DNA of 64,000 bases from positions 64,001 through 128,000 of the forward strand of contig JBBQUR010000012.1 of NCBI GenBank assembly GCA_038212275.1. The letters run 5' to 3'. A program made the translations under genes and the position numbers. Source of the DNA: Planctomycetota bacterium (GTDB lineage Bacteria > Planctomycetota > B15-G4). The notes beneath the pieces are model-generated. The model had not been told where the DNA came from, searched no databases, and saw only the letters and a list, made by a program, of their open reading frames with translations. The first letter of the stretch is position 1, and every line of letters begins with the position of its first letter. Shown one piece after another: positions 39,678 to 48,975 of this stretch.

Positions 39678-39761
39678 CGCTCAGGCCAACCACGCAGGCG
39701 CTCAGGCCAACCGCGCAGGCGCTCCGACCAACCGCGCAGGCGCTCAGCTCAACCACGCAGG
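39678..39761. repeat. 21-bp tandem repeat x4 between convergent genes
   Basis: cgctcaggccaaccacgcagg / cgctcaggccaaccgcgcagg / cgctccgaccaaccgcgcagg / cgctcagctcaaccacgcagg. Confidence 0.92.
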
Positions 39762-39790
39762 CGCGTTGACCTCGCGGTCGGGCGGAACGC

Positions 39791-41722
39791 TCAGCGCGGC
39801 TGCGCGGAACGCTCCGCCAGCGTCAGCGCGACGGGCAGGTCCTGCTCGGGGCTTAGGGTCACGTGCGCGCGCCCCTCGAACTGGAGCGCCTCCCACAGGT
39901 TGCCCGGAGTCGCCACGACGTCGTACTCGCCGGGCGGCAGCGCCAGCATGCGGAAAGCGCCCTCGCCGTCGGTGACGGTCTGCTGCTGGTGCATGGCCGA
40001 GGTGACGCCGATGCGCACGCCGGCACGCGGCCGTCCGTCGGGGCCGATCACGTTGCCGGACAGCGTGCAGCCGAGCGGGAGCGTGAGCGCGCCGACGTCC
40101 GTGTCCACCTCGTCGGTCACACGCACGTCCCGGACATGCAGCGGCGGCGCGTCGGCAGGGCGGGCCGACAGCGTGTAGGTACCCGGCGGCACGTGCTGCA
40201 GCAGGAAGCTGCCGTCGGCGCCGGTGAGCACCATGAGCCCGTGCACGGGCGCCGTCGGAAAGGTGGACTCGAGCGACAGCGAGGGGTCGTAGTCGGCTTC
40301 GCGAAGCTCGATGCGCGTGCCGGCCTGGGCCGGCTGCACGCGGCCCTTCACGCTGCCGCCGCGCAGCAGATACACCTCGAGGCGGGCGACGGGCACGTCG
40401 GCGCCGAGGATCACGTCCGAGCTGGTCGTGACGGCGAAGCCTTCGGCGTAAATCTCGAAGCGATAGCTGCCGGGGCGCAGACCGTCGAACACGAACGAGC
40501 CCGGCGGGCTCGTCTCGCGGAAGGCTCGGTCCATCGGGCCCGTGCCGAGCAGTCCCGCGCCGGAACGGCCGTCCGGGCGGAGGCGCACGCTGAACTCGGC
40601 CGGCGGAGTCGTCGCGCAGCGCAGCTGGCCATCGACGGCGAGCGCGGGCTGCACGCGCACCGTGTGCTCGTCGCCGTCGGCAGGCAGTTGCAGCGTGTGA
40701 TCCAGGTACACGAGCGGCGACTGCACCTCGATGTCGTACAGGCCGCTGGCCATGTCGGACATCGCGAAGCGCCCATCGGCGCCCGTGGTCGTCGTCTGCA
40801 GGCGGTAGGTGTTCTGCGCGCGCTGCCGCTGCGAGACGCGCAACGTGAGCCCGGCCACCGGCTTTTCGAAGCTGTCGAGGACGAGTCCGCGGAGCGACGC
40901 GTCCGCCTTTTCGAGTCGGAAGTCCTGCCGCCAGCGGCCATCGGACGTGCCGAGCACCATCGAGAGCACCAGGGTCACCGGAGCGTAAGCGTCGGCGTCG
41001 GCCACGACCTCGTACTGGCGCAGCGCGAGGTGCGCGAAGGTGTAGTTGCCCTCCGCGTCCGTGAGCGCCGAGAGCGGAACGGCAGGCGTCGCACCGCGTT
41101 GCTCGCGCTGCAGGTCCGTGAGCTTGACGACGGCGCCCTCGATCGGCTTTCCGGCGTCGTCCGTCACCGTGCCCAGCAGCAGCAGGCCGTCTTCCAGCAG
41201 GATGTCTCCGAGGTCGCGCAGCTCGCCCGCGCCGATGGTGAACGGCTCGCGCAGCACGGGCGCATGGTCGGCGTGCTCGACTTCGATGCCGAGCTCGGAG
41301 GTCACCGGCAGCGTCGCGAACAGAAAGCGGCCGTCCGTGCCCGAGGTGATGGCGGCGCCCTGGTCCTCGCGCGTGCGATAGGGCTGGCCCGGCCCGCTCA
41401 GAAAGGCCGTCACGCTCGCGCCGGGAATCGGCCTGCCGGTGCGGTCGATGACGCGGCCGGCAGCTTGCGCAAGCGCCGGGCCGCGCGCGGAAAGGACCTG
41501 AGGCGTCGCCGGGGCCGCGGCAGAAGGTGCGCGGCTGTCACCGGGCGACTCAGTGGGCCGCGGCAGCACGGCCGGGCTGGCGGGGCCGGGAGCAGGATCG
41601 TTCTGGACGGTGCCCGGCGTGGTGGGAGCCTGATCTCCGTCCGCACGCAGCATCCACCAGGCGCCGCTCAGCAGCGCGAGCACCAGAGTGCAGATGAGCA
41701 GAAGTGAGGCGCGCGAGTTCAC
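39791..41722 (-). CDS. Exported carboxypeptidase-regulatory-like repeat protein
   Basis: N-terminal TM segment; repeated GRVID..G.PI.GA.V...TD..G.Y/F. Confidence 0.85.
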   Translation of the reverse strand: MNSRASLLLICTLVLALLSGAWWMLRADGDQAPTTPGTVQNDPAPGPASPAVLPRPTESPGDSRAPSAAAPATPQVLSARGPALAQAAGRVIDRTGRPIPGASVTAFLSGPGQPYRTREDQGAAITSGTDGRFLFATLPVTSELGIEVEHADHAPVLREPFTIGAGELRDLGDILLEDGLLLLGTVTDDAGKPIEGAVVKLTDLQREQRGATPAVPLSALTDAEGNYTFAHLALRQYEVVADADAYAPVTLVLSMVLGTSDGRWRQDFRLEKADASLRGLVLDSFEKPVAGLTLRVSQRQRAQNTYRLQTTTTGADGRFAMSDMASGLYDIEVQSPLVYLDHTLQLPADGDEHTVRVQPALAVDGQLRCATTPPAEFSVRLRPDGRSGAGLLGTGPMDRAFRETSPPGSFVFDGLRPGSYRFEIYAEGFAVTTSSDVILGADVPVARLEVYLLRGGSVKGRVQPAQAGTRIELREADYDPSLSLESTFPTAPVHGLMVLTGADGSFLLQHVPPGTYTLSARPADAPPLHVRDVRVTDEVDTDVGALTLPLGCTLSGNVIGPDGRPRAGVRIGVTSAMHQQQTVTDGEGAFRMLALPPGEYDVVATPGNLWEALQFEGRAHVTLSPEQDLPVALTLAERSAQPR

Positions 41723-41731
41723 CGCGCCAGT

Positions 41732-41944
41732 CTAAGCACCCGCGTCAGCCGACGCACGGCGGCGCACGAACGAGTTCCAGGTGTAGTAGGACTCGGCGTG
41801 CTCCCGGCTCATCGGCTTGCCGAGGCACCGGTCGCGCTCGCAGCGGCGGCGACCTTCGTCGTCCACCACGATGACCTGCAGTTCGCGATCGAGGATCGCG
41901 CGCCATTCGTCGTAGGTCATCTCGATCGAGCAGTCATGGCCCAT
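41732..41944 (-). CDS. Small hypothetical protein (70 aa)
   Basis: Protein-like composition; sigma28-like promoter immediately upstream. Confidence 0.55.
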   Translation of the reverse strand: MGHDCSIEMTYDEWRAILDRELQVIVVDDEGRRRCERDRCLGKPMSREHAESYYTWNSFVRRRASADAGA

Positions 41945-41952
41945 GAGGGTCC

Positions 41953-41980
41953 TTATCGGTCGCCAGGGGGTTGTTCTTCA
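41953..41980 (-). promoter_or_regulatory. Sigma28 (FliA/WhiG)-like promoter
   Basis: Minus strand TGAAG-N15-ACCGATAA, compared with the consensus TAAA-N15-GCCGATAA. Confidence 0.45.
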
Positions 41981-42245
41981 CCGGTGCGCGGGGCGAAGTG
42001 CCTCGCACCGGACGTGTCGAGAGGCCGGTCGGAGGCCGGCAAGGCGGCAGCTGGCCACGGTGGCGCGGCCTCGGCGCCGCACGGCGGACGGCCCCGGGGA
42101 AGCATTTCGGGCCCCGGATTGCCTGCATGTCCGCATTGACGCCAGTCGATACGGCGACGAGGCCCGGAGGTCACCGCGGCCGATCCGGCCTCGTGGCCAG
42201 TCCTTCTCGACAGCAGTCGCGCCAGTCATCAGGGAGCCGAACTCC

Positions 42246-43835
42246 ATGCGCCTCCAAGCAAACTCGATCCTTCGACTGCCGACATGTCTCCTGGCAGTTT
42301 TCCTCCCGGGATGCCTTGTCGTGGACGCCTCGCCGTCGTTACAGCGGGCTGCGGACGGCGCGCCGGAGGCCAGCGCTGCGCAGGCCATGAACGGCGCGCC
42401 ACGGACGCGGGCGGGCGCCGGATCGTCGACCCTGGCCGGGGGCGCGACGCGGGGCGGCAGCACCGCGGCACCCGACGACGAAGCGCTCTCCAAGGGTGAT
42501 TCCGACGGGCTTCTCGCGCTGCAGCTCCTCACGGCGGGCGCGCAGGCCCTGGCACAGGGGCACGCCGAGGAAGCCCTGCTGCTGCTGGAAAAGGCGCCCT
42601 CGGGCACCGCGGCCGACGGCGACCGGCATTTCCTCTGCGGCGTCGCGATGCTGCAGCTCGACCGACTCGACGACTCCGTCGCGGAGCTGCGCGCTTCGGC
42701 AGCCATTCAGCCGGATGACGTGTCGACGCACTGCGTCCTCGGCCGCGTGCTGCGCAGTGTCGGTGACCTGCCCGGCGCCGCCGCCGAGTTGGAGCTGGCC
42801 ATCGCGCTCGAGCCGGGCGACGCACACCTTCACACGCTGCTGGGTCATCTGCTGCTCGAGCAGGAGGACTTCGGCGGCGCCTTCGACGCGCTGCGGGCCG
42901 CGGTGGAACTCGATGCCGGCGAAGTCGACGCGCATCGAGGCCTGGCGCTCATCTTTGCAGCCAGCGGCGATCCGGAGCACGCGGCGCTTGCCTGGCGCCA
43001 GGCGCTCGCGCTGGCGCCCGACGAGGCCGAGCTGCACGCCGGCCTTGCTTCGACGCTGCGCGCGCAGGGGCTCTACGCCGACGCACTTCCCTCCTGTGTG
43101 CGCGCCGCCGAACTTCAGCCGGAGAACTCCGTCTACGTGGCCAACATCGCCTCCACGTTGACGGTACTCGGCCGGTTCGACGAGGCTCGGGAGGCCTTCG
43201 AGCGATCGCTGATTCTCGGACTGCCTGCGGGCGAGCCGAGCGCGCTGGTTCACGCCAACTTCGCCGACCTGCTCGAACGGCTCGGCGATCTCGATGGCGC
43301 CGCCGGCGAATACCTCGCGGCGCTCGCCGAGGAACCGCGTTTGTCCTCCGCCCGCGAGGCGCTGGGCCTGCTGCAGCTCGATCTCGGCGACACCGTCGCC
43401 GCCCGGGAGCAACTGCAGCGCGCTCTGAACACGGGTGGGCTGACCGCCGAGGGCCTCATGCACCTCGCCCGGTTGCAGGAGCAGTGCGGCGACGCGGAGG
43501 GCGCGCGGCTTTGTGCGCGGATTCTCGCCGATGATGACGGCGGCAGCGACGAGGTGGCCTTTCGCCGCGCGCAGCTGATGGTGTTCTCGGACGACCCGGA
43601 GATCCGCGACGCCGCCACGGCCGTCACCATCCTCCGCCAGTTGCTCGACGGCACGCGCGACGCCAACGGCGCCGTGTGGAACCTGCTCGGCGAGGCGCTG
43701 GCGCGGGAGGGCGCCTTCGCCGGTGCGGTCGAGGCCGTCAGCCGTGCGGTGGAACTGGCGGGACCCGACCATCCCGCTGCAGGGCGCTACCGCACGCTCC
43801 GCGAGCAGTATCTGGCCAACCTCGCGGGGCACTGA
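42246..43835 (+). CDS. Tetratricopeptide-repeat lipoprotein
   Basis: Lipobox LPGC; many TPR units (A...L..A..L.P.D..H..LG). Confidence 0.88.
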   Translation: MRLQANSILRLPTCLLAVFLPGCLVVDASPSLQRAADGAPEASAAQAMNGAPRTRAGAGSSTLAGGATRGGSTAAPDDEALSKGDSDGLLALQLLTAGAQALAQGHAEEALLLLEKAPSGTAADGDRHFLCGVAMLQLDRLDDSVAELRASAAIQPDDVSTHCVLGRVLRSVGDLPGAAAELELAIALEPGDAHLHTLLGHLLLEQEDFGGAFDALRAAVELDAGEVDAHRGLALIFAASGDPEHAALAWRQALALAPDEAELHAGLASTLRAQGLYADALPSCVRAAELQPENSVYVANIASTLTVLGRFDEAREAFERSLILGLPAGEPSALVHANFADLLERLGDLDGAAGEYLAALAEEPRLSSAREALGLLQLDLGDTVAAREQLQRALNTGGLTAEGLMHLARLQEQCGDAEGARLCARILADDDGGSDEVAFRRAQLMVFSDDPEIRDAATAVTILRQLLDGTRDANGAVWNLLGEALAREGAFAGAVEAVSRAVELAGPDHPAAGRYRTLREQYLANLAGH

Positions 43836-43886
43836 GCACGGCGCGGACCTGCGGCGCGGCTCGCGCGCTGTCGCTACGATGCGAGC

Positions 43887-44051
43887 ATGTCCACGCCGCG
43901 CCTGATCCAGCTTGTCGGTCTGCTCATCGTCACCGCGGTGATGATCGTGTCGTACCTCGTGTCGAACATGCTGCTGCAGTTCGGCGGGCTTGCTGCGGGC
44001 GCGCTGGTCTTCCTCATCGGGCGTGGCATGGAGAGTCGCGGCGGCAAGTGA
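43887..44051 (+). CDS. Small two-TM membrane protein (54 aa, absent from the ORF track)
   Basis: MSTPRLIQLVGLLIVTAVMIVSYLVSNMLLQFGGLAAGALVFLIGRGMESRGGK*; TACGAT 6 nt upstream; GC-rich third positions. Confidence 0.65.
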   Translation: MSTPRLIQLVGLLIVTAVMIVSYLVSNMLLQFGGLAAGALVFLIGRGMESRGGK

Positions 44052-44090
44052 GTGGCGCCTGGCCGCATCGCCTCGTCGCCGCACGGCGCT

Positions 44091-44972
44091 TCAGGCGCGC
44101 GGGTGGCTGCGGCCGTAGACATCCTTGAGCCGGCCGATCGAAACGTGCGTGTAGATCTGCGTCGTCGACAGGCTCTCGTGGCCGAGCAGTTCCTGCACCG
44201 TGCGCAGGTCTGCGCCGCGGTCGAGCAGGTGTGTCGCGAAGGAGTGGCGCAGCGTGTGGGGGCTGGTGTCGCCCGGCAAGCCGGCGGCCAGCGCGTGCTG
44301 CTTCACGAGACGCGCGATGCTGCGCGTCGTGAGCCTGCCTCCGTCGCGCGCGTTGACGAACAGCGCGTGCTCGCCCGCGCGCCGGCGGGCCGCGAGCAGG
44401 CGCGAGCGCGTCGGCAGCCATGCCTCCAGCGCGGCGCGCGCGGGGGCGCCCAGCAGTCCCAGCCGCTCCTTGCGACCCTTGCCGAACAGGCGAAGGCTGC
44501 CGCCTGGAAGGTCCATCGCGTCGAGGTCGAGCCGCGAACATTCCTCCACGCGCATGCCGGTCGAGTACAGCGCCTCGAGGATGGCTCGGTCGCGCACGGC
44601 CGTGGGCTCGTCGCCCGCGGGCGCGGCGAGCAGCGCGACGAGGGCGGATTCGTCGAGCACGCGCGGCAGCGGCGCGGCGCGGCGCGGAGCGCGCAGCGGC
44701 ACGGTCGGGTCGGAGCGCGCACGTCCGGTGCTCGCGAGCCAGCCGAAGAAGCCGCGCAGCGCGGCCTGCTTGCGGGCCAGCGTCGCACGGCTGGGGGACG
44801 GCAGGCTTGCCAGCCATTCACGCAGCAGCAGTGTGTCGATGCTGCGGGCGTCGGTGGTGCCGCGCTCGGCCGCGAAGGCAAGCAGCGCGGACACGTCGCT
44901 GCGATAGGCTCGCAGCGTGTGTGCGCTGGCCTGCTGCGTCGTCTGCAAGCCATCGAGCCAGGCGGTGAGCAT
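44091..44972 (-). CDS. xerC: Tyrosine recombinase XerC/XerD
   Basis: TGMRVEE, GKGRKER, SPHTLRHSFATHLL, VQELLGH, TTQIYTHV, HPRA terminus. Confidence 0.88.
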   Translation of the reverse strand: MLTAWLDGLQTTQQASAHTLRAYRSDVSALLAFAAERGTTDARSIDTLLLREWLASLPSPSRATLARKQAALRGFFGWLASTGRARSDPTVPLRAPRRAAPLPRVLDESALVALLAAPAGDEPTAVRDRAILEALYSTGMRVEECSRLDLDAMDLPGGSLRLFGKGRKERLGLLGAPARAALEAWLPTRSRLLAARRRAGEHALFVNARDGGRLTTRSIARLVKQHALAAGLPGDTSPHTLRHSFATHLLDRGADLRTVQELLGHESLSTTQIYTHVSIGRLKDVYGRSHPRA

Positions 44973-45039
44973 GGGCCGAGGATTCCCTCCGCAGCCGCCC
45001 GGCTCAAGTCCCAAGGCCTCGGGAGCTAGAATCGGCCGC

Positions 45040-46500
45040 GTGCCCGACCCCGCTCCTCCCGACCCGATCGCCCTGGAACCGGCCGCTGAGTCGTGGTGCG
45101 TTTCCGCCGGTTCGGCCCGGGCCAGCATGGCGGAGCTGGCCGCGGCGCTGCCCGCCGAGCGCTGGCCCTTGCTCCTCGACAGCGGGCCGCGCCGCACCGA
45201 TCTCGCACAATGGCACCTGCTGCTCTTCGATCCGGTCGCGCGTTTTCAGCACCGCGCAGTTCCCGGCGAGAACGGCTTGCAGGCATTGCAGGTGGCACTG
45301 GAGCGTTGCTGGCCGGGTGTGCGCCGCGCCGCCGGAGCTGCGGCGGGCCGTGCAGGCACGGCGGCCCTCGGCAGCGTTCCGGCCTTCACGGGCGGCGCGG
45401 CAGGCTGGTTCGGCTACGACCTTGGTCGAGAACTGGAGCGGGTGCCGGCGCGCTGCCCTCCCGACGCCGACGTCCCGGATCTCTGCGTCGGTCTCTACCC
45501 GTTCGCGCTGGCCGAAGACGTGGGCAGCGGCCGCCGGCTGATCGTGGGGCGCGGCAGCAGCGAGGAGGCGCATCGCTTCCTTGCGGAGGTGACGGCGCTC
45601 GTTGCCGCCGCGACGCCATTGGTGCCGCTTTTGCCGGCTCCGGCCGCCAGCGGCCTGTCGCCCGAGACCAGCCTGGACCGGCTCGCCTACATGGCCGCCG
45701 TGGAGGCTGCGCGCGAGCACATCCTCGACGGCGACATTTACCAGGTGAACCTGTGCCAGCGGCTGCAGTTCCCATTCGATGGAGACTCCGCGGCGCTGCA
45801 ACTCGCGTGGCGGAACCGGTTTCCGGCGCCGTTCGGCGCGCTCATGAGGATTCCGGGTCTGGCGATCGTGTCGAGTTCGCCGGAGTTGTTCCTGCGCAAG
45901 CGGGGCAGTCGCGTCGAGAGCAGGCCGATCAAGGGCACGGCCCCGCGCTCCGCCGATCCGCGAGTCGACGCCGGGCTGCGGGAGTCGCTGGAGGCCTCCG
46001 CGAAGGAGCGCGCCGAACTGGCCATGATCGTCGATATCGTGCGCAACGACCTCGGTCGCACGGCGGAGATCGGAAGCGTCGCGGTGGAGGGCGGTTTCCG
46101 CACGGATTCGTGGAGCGACGTCCATCATCGCGTCGCGACGGTGAGCGCGCGCGTGCCGGACGAGGTCACGGCGCTGGAGGTGATGGCGACCGCGTTTCCG
46201 CCGGCCTCGGTGACCGGCGCGCCGAAGCTGGCCGCGCAGGCCGTCATCGAGGAACTCGAGCCGCGACGCCGGCACGTGTACACGGGGGCGATTGGCTGGA
46301 TCGGTGCCGATGGCGACATGGACCTCTCCGTCGCCATCCGGATCGCCACGCTCACGGAGGGGCGCCTGCTGGCCAGCTTTGGCGGGGGCATCACGCTGGC
46401 ATCCGACCCCGCCGCGGAGTACGAGGAGACACTTCACAAGGCGCGCGCGCTGTGCGATGTGCTCGGCGCGCGCGGCCCATTCACCGGGACCTCCGCATGA
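45040..46500 (+). CDS. pabB: Aminodeoxychorismate synthase component I
   Basis: LLDSG, GDIYQVNL, SSSPELF, PIKGT, KERAELAMIVD..RND, SVTGAPK. Confidence 0.88.
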   Translation: MPDPAPPDPIALEPAAESWCVSAGSARASMAELAAALPAERWPLLLDSGPRRTDLAQWHLLLFDPVARFQHRAVPGENGLQALQVALERCWPGVRRAAGAAAGRAGTAALGSVPAFTGGAAGWFGYDLGRELERVPARCPPDADVPDLCVGLYPFALAEDVGSGRRLIVGRGSSEEAHRFLAEVTALVAAATPLVPLLPAPAASGLSPETSLDRLAYMAAVEAAREHILDGDIYQVNLCQRLQFPFDGDSAALQLAWRNRFPAPFGALMRIPGLAIVSSSPELFLRKRGSRVESRPIKGTAPRSADPRVDAGLRESLEASAKERAELAMIVDIVRNDLGRTAEIGSVAVEGGFRTDSWSDVHHRVATVSARVPDEVTALEVMATAFPPASVTGAPKLAAQAVIEELEPRRRHVYTGAIGWIGADGDMDLSVAIRIATLTEGRLLASFGGGITLASDPAAEYEETLHKARALCDVLGARGPFTGTSA

Positions 46501-47366
46501 TTTTCGCTCTGGGCTGGATCGACGGCGACATCAGGCCTGTCGAAGAGCTGGCCGTGTCGGCGCTCGATCGGACGGTGCTGTACGGCCTGGGTGCCTTCGA
46601 GACCGTGCGCCTGCACGGCGGGCACCCGTTTCTCTTCGACCGGCACCTGGCGCGGTTGCGCAGTTCGCTCGCCGCGGTGGGGCTTCCGGCACCGCCGGCG
46701 CTGGAGCTGCTTCCGCGCGGCGTGGTCGAGCTGGCAGCACGCGCCGACGCGCCGAGTGCGCTGTGCCGCGTGACCGTGACGGCCGGTGCCAGCGTCTCCG
46801 AAGCCCACATCCGCGGCACCGGGATGAGAGTCCTCGTGCAGTTGCGCTCCGTGCCGCCGGTGGCCATCGGTCCGGTGCGCGTGGGAGTGGCGCCGTTCGC
46901 GCACGACAGCCGCTCGCCGCTCGCCGGCGTGAAGTCCACCAGCTACCTGAGCCACTACCTGCAGCGCGAGGCGGCGGAGGCGGACGGCCGCCTCGACGAC
47001 CTCATGCTGGACACGGACGGAAACGTGACGGAAGGCACGGTGTCGAATGCCTTCGGCGTGCGGCGCGGTGAACTCATCACGTCGCCGGTCAGCACGAAGA
47101 TCCTGCCGGGCGTGACGCGCGGCGCAGTGCTGGAGCTGGCGAGGGAGCTTCAGCTGACCATTCACGAGAGCCCGCTGCGCCTGGCCGAACTGGCCGAGCT
47201 GGACGAGTTCTTCCTGACCGGCGCAGGCAAGTGCCTGGTGGGGGTCGACGAGCTCGCCGGGCACCGCCTGCCCGTCGAACGGCCGGTGACGGCGGGCTTG
47301 AGGACCGCCCTCATCCGGCGCATCGCCACCTTCTGTGGGGTCGCCCCCGAGAGCATTCACATCTGA
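46497..47366 (+). CDS. pabC: Class IV PLP enzyme, probable aminodeoxychorismate lyase
   Basis: YGLGAFETVR, HLARL, VKSTSY, EGTVSN, LPGVTR; ATGA-coupled to pabB. Confidence 0.8.
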   Translation: MIFALGWIDGDIRPVEELAVSALDRTVLYGLGAFETVRLHGGHPFLFDRHLARLRSSLAAVGLPAPPALELLPRGVVELAARADAPSALCRVTVTAGASVSEAHIRGTGMRVLVQLRSVPPVAIGPVRVGVAPFAHDSRSPLAGVKSTSYLSHYLQREAAEADGRLDDLMLDTDGNVTEGTVSNAFGVRRGELITSPVSTKILPGVTRGAVLELARELQLTIHESPLRLAELAELDEFFLTGAGKCLVGVDELAGHRLPVERPVTAGLRTALIRRIATFCGVAPESIHI

Positions 47367-47455
47367 GTGCCGGTTCGGTGCGCCACTCCGGCGGGGATGC
47401 GTTGCGTCTTCCCGCAGACCGGACTTACGATGCTCGGGATTCCGAAGAGATCGGC

Positions 47456-48379
47456 ATGACCATGCGAAGATCAACCCTGCACCGTCATCGCGCGGGCCTG
47501 CTGTTCCTGGCGCTCGTGCTGCCAGGTGCGCCTGCCTTTGCGCAGGACGACGGTCGCCCCCCCGAAGGCACGGACTCGGCCCAGTCCGCCGAGGCGGCTG
47601 CCCAGGCTGCCGATGCCGCTGCCATGGGTGCCGTCGAGATCATGGACGCGGCACTGAACGACCGCGACCCGGCAAAGATCAAGCCGGTGTTCACCACGCT
47701 CGACGAGCAGTGGGCGAACCTGTCGCCGAAGACCATCAAGCGCGTGAACAAGTCGATCAGCGGGATGTTCGCGAAGCTCAAGCCGCGTGAATCGCGCGAC
47801 ATCGACACGCTGGGCGAGGACGCGAAGAACGGCCGCTTCGACCCGGAAGAAGGCAGCCGGAGACTTGCCACCGACACGCAGAAGCAGGACGTGCTCGACT
47901 GCTATCACTCGGCGATCGGCCTGCTGTACGACAAGCCGGACGGCCCCGCTGTGCTGCTGCCAGTTCTCAAGTTGCAGCACGTGAAGGTCTGGCCCGACGT
48001 GCAGGTGCTGGTGCTCGAAGGCCTCGGCTATCGCGGAGAGGGGGCGCTCGAGAAGGAATTCGAAGGCTATCTGCGCCACGAGAATCCGGCGGTCGCGTCC
48101 GCCGCCGCGAGCGCGATGGGACATCTGCAGGACCAGCCGATGGATGTTCGTCGCCGCGCCGTGACCGCGCTGGTGGATGCGTTCAGCGCCGCACAGAAGG
48201 CTTCCGACAAGGAGGCCTCGAAGGTCGGCGAGGACGACGAGCGCCCCGCGCGTCGCTATTACTCCAGCGTGATGCTCGCGTTCCGGGAAGCGCTCACATC
48301 CCTGACGCGCCAGTCGTTCGACAAGCCCCCCGAATGGCGCGAGTGGCTCGACGCTCACGGCAAGGATGCCTCCTGGTGA
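47456..48379 (+). CDS. Secreted HEAT-repeat-like helical protein
   Basis: Signal peptide (AFA-Q); LRHENPAVASAAASAMG; ALTSLT...WREW. Confidence 0.65.
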   Translation: MTMRRSTLHRHRAGLLFLALVLPGAPAFAQDDGRPPEGTDSAQSAEAAAQAADAAAMGAVEIMDAALNDRDPAKIKPVFTTLDEQWANLSPKTIKRVNKSISGMFAKLKPRESRDIDTLGEDAKNGRFDPEEGSRRLATDTQKQDVLDCYHSAIGLLYDKPDGPAVLLPVLKLQHVKVWPDVQVLVLEGLGYRGEGALEKEFEGYLRHENPAVASAAASAMGHLQDQPMDVRRRAVTALVDAFSAAQKASDKEASKVGEDDERPARRYYSSVMLAFREALTSLTRQSFDKPPEWREWLDAHGKDASW

Positions 48380-48975
48380 GTGTCTGGGGTCTGATCCGCA
48401 CCAGGCTGATCAACCCGCTCGTCCGGGCGCAGGGCACGCCCAAATCGATTGCGCGCGGAACCGCGCTCGGCACGTGGCTCACGCTCACGCCGACCGTCGG
48501 CATCCAGATGACCATCGCCGCGTTCATCGGCATTCCGTGGGGAGCGAACATGCCGATCGCGATCGCCATCATCTGGCTCTCCAACCCCTTCACGATCATT
48601 CCGCTCTACTACAGCTACTACTGGTTCGGGACAGTGCTCCTTCCCGGCCCGGCGCGCTCCTACGCCGACGTGACGGACGCGGTGAGAGTGCGCATCGAGG
48701 CCGTCACGCAGCACGGCGAGGGCGTCCTGACGGCATTGCGGACGCTGGGGGCGGACATCGGCACCCCGATGGTCGTGGGCTCTCTGGTCATCGCCACGGG
48801 GATTGCCGTTCCGGCGTACTTCATCACGCTGCACTGGGCGCAACGGCGGCAGGCGCGAAGGCAGCGGGAACACGAGGCGGCGGGCGCCGTCCAATCGCCT
48901 GTCGTCCCGCCGACGGGTTTCGGTGGGCCACTTCCGCCCGCCGTGCCCGGCACCCCGAAGGCCAGCAGCCCGTGA
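48376..48975 (+). CDS. DUF2062 family membrane protein
   Basis: TPKSIARGTALG, PTVGIQ, WLSNPFTIIPLY. Confidence 0.85.
   Translation: MSVWGLIRTRLINPLVRAQGTPKSIARGTALGTWLTLTPTVGIQMTIAAFIGIPWGANMPIAIAIIWLSNPFTIIPLYYSYYWFGTVLLPGPARSYADVTDAVRVRIEAVTQHGEGVLTALRTLGADIGTPMVVGSLVIATGIAVPAYFITLHWAQRRQARRQREHEAAGAVQSPVVPPTGFGGPLPPAVPGTPKASSP

Noticed and set aside
39678..39761. Possible CRISPR array
   Set aside because: Units are contiguous 21-mers without unique spacers, and there are no cas genes in the window
44091..44972. Tyrosine recombinase as a prophage or island integrase
   Set aside because: Size and motifs (HSFATHLL, HPRA end) fit housekeeping XerC/D; no att sites, tRNA or mobile genes nearby
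45040..46500. Anthranilate synthase TrpE
   Set aside because: PIKGT motif and coupling to a class IV PLP lyase favour PabB
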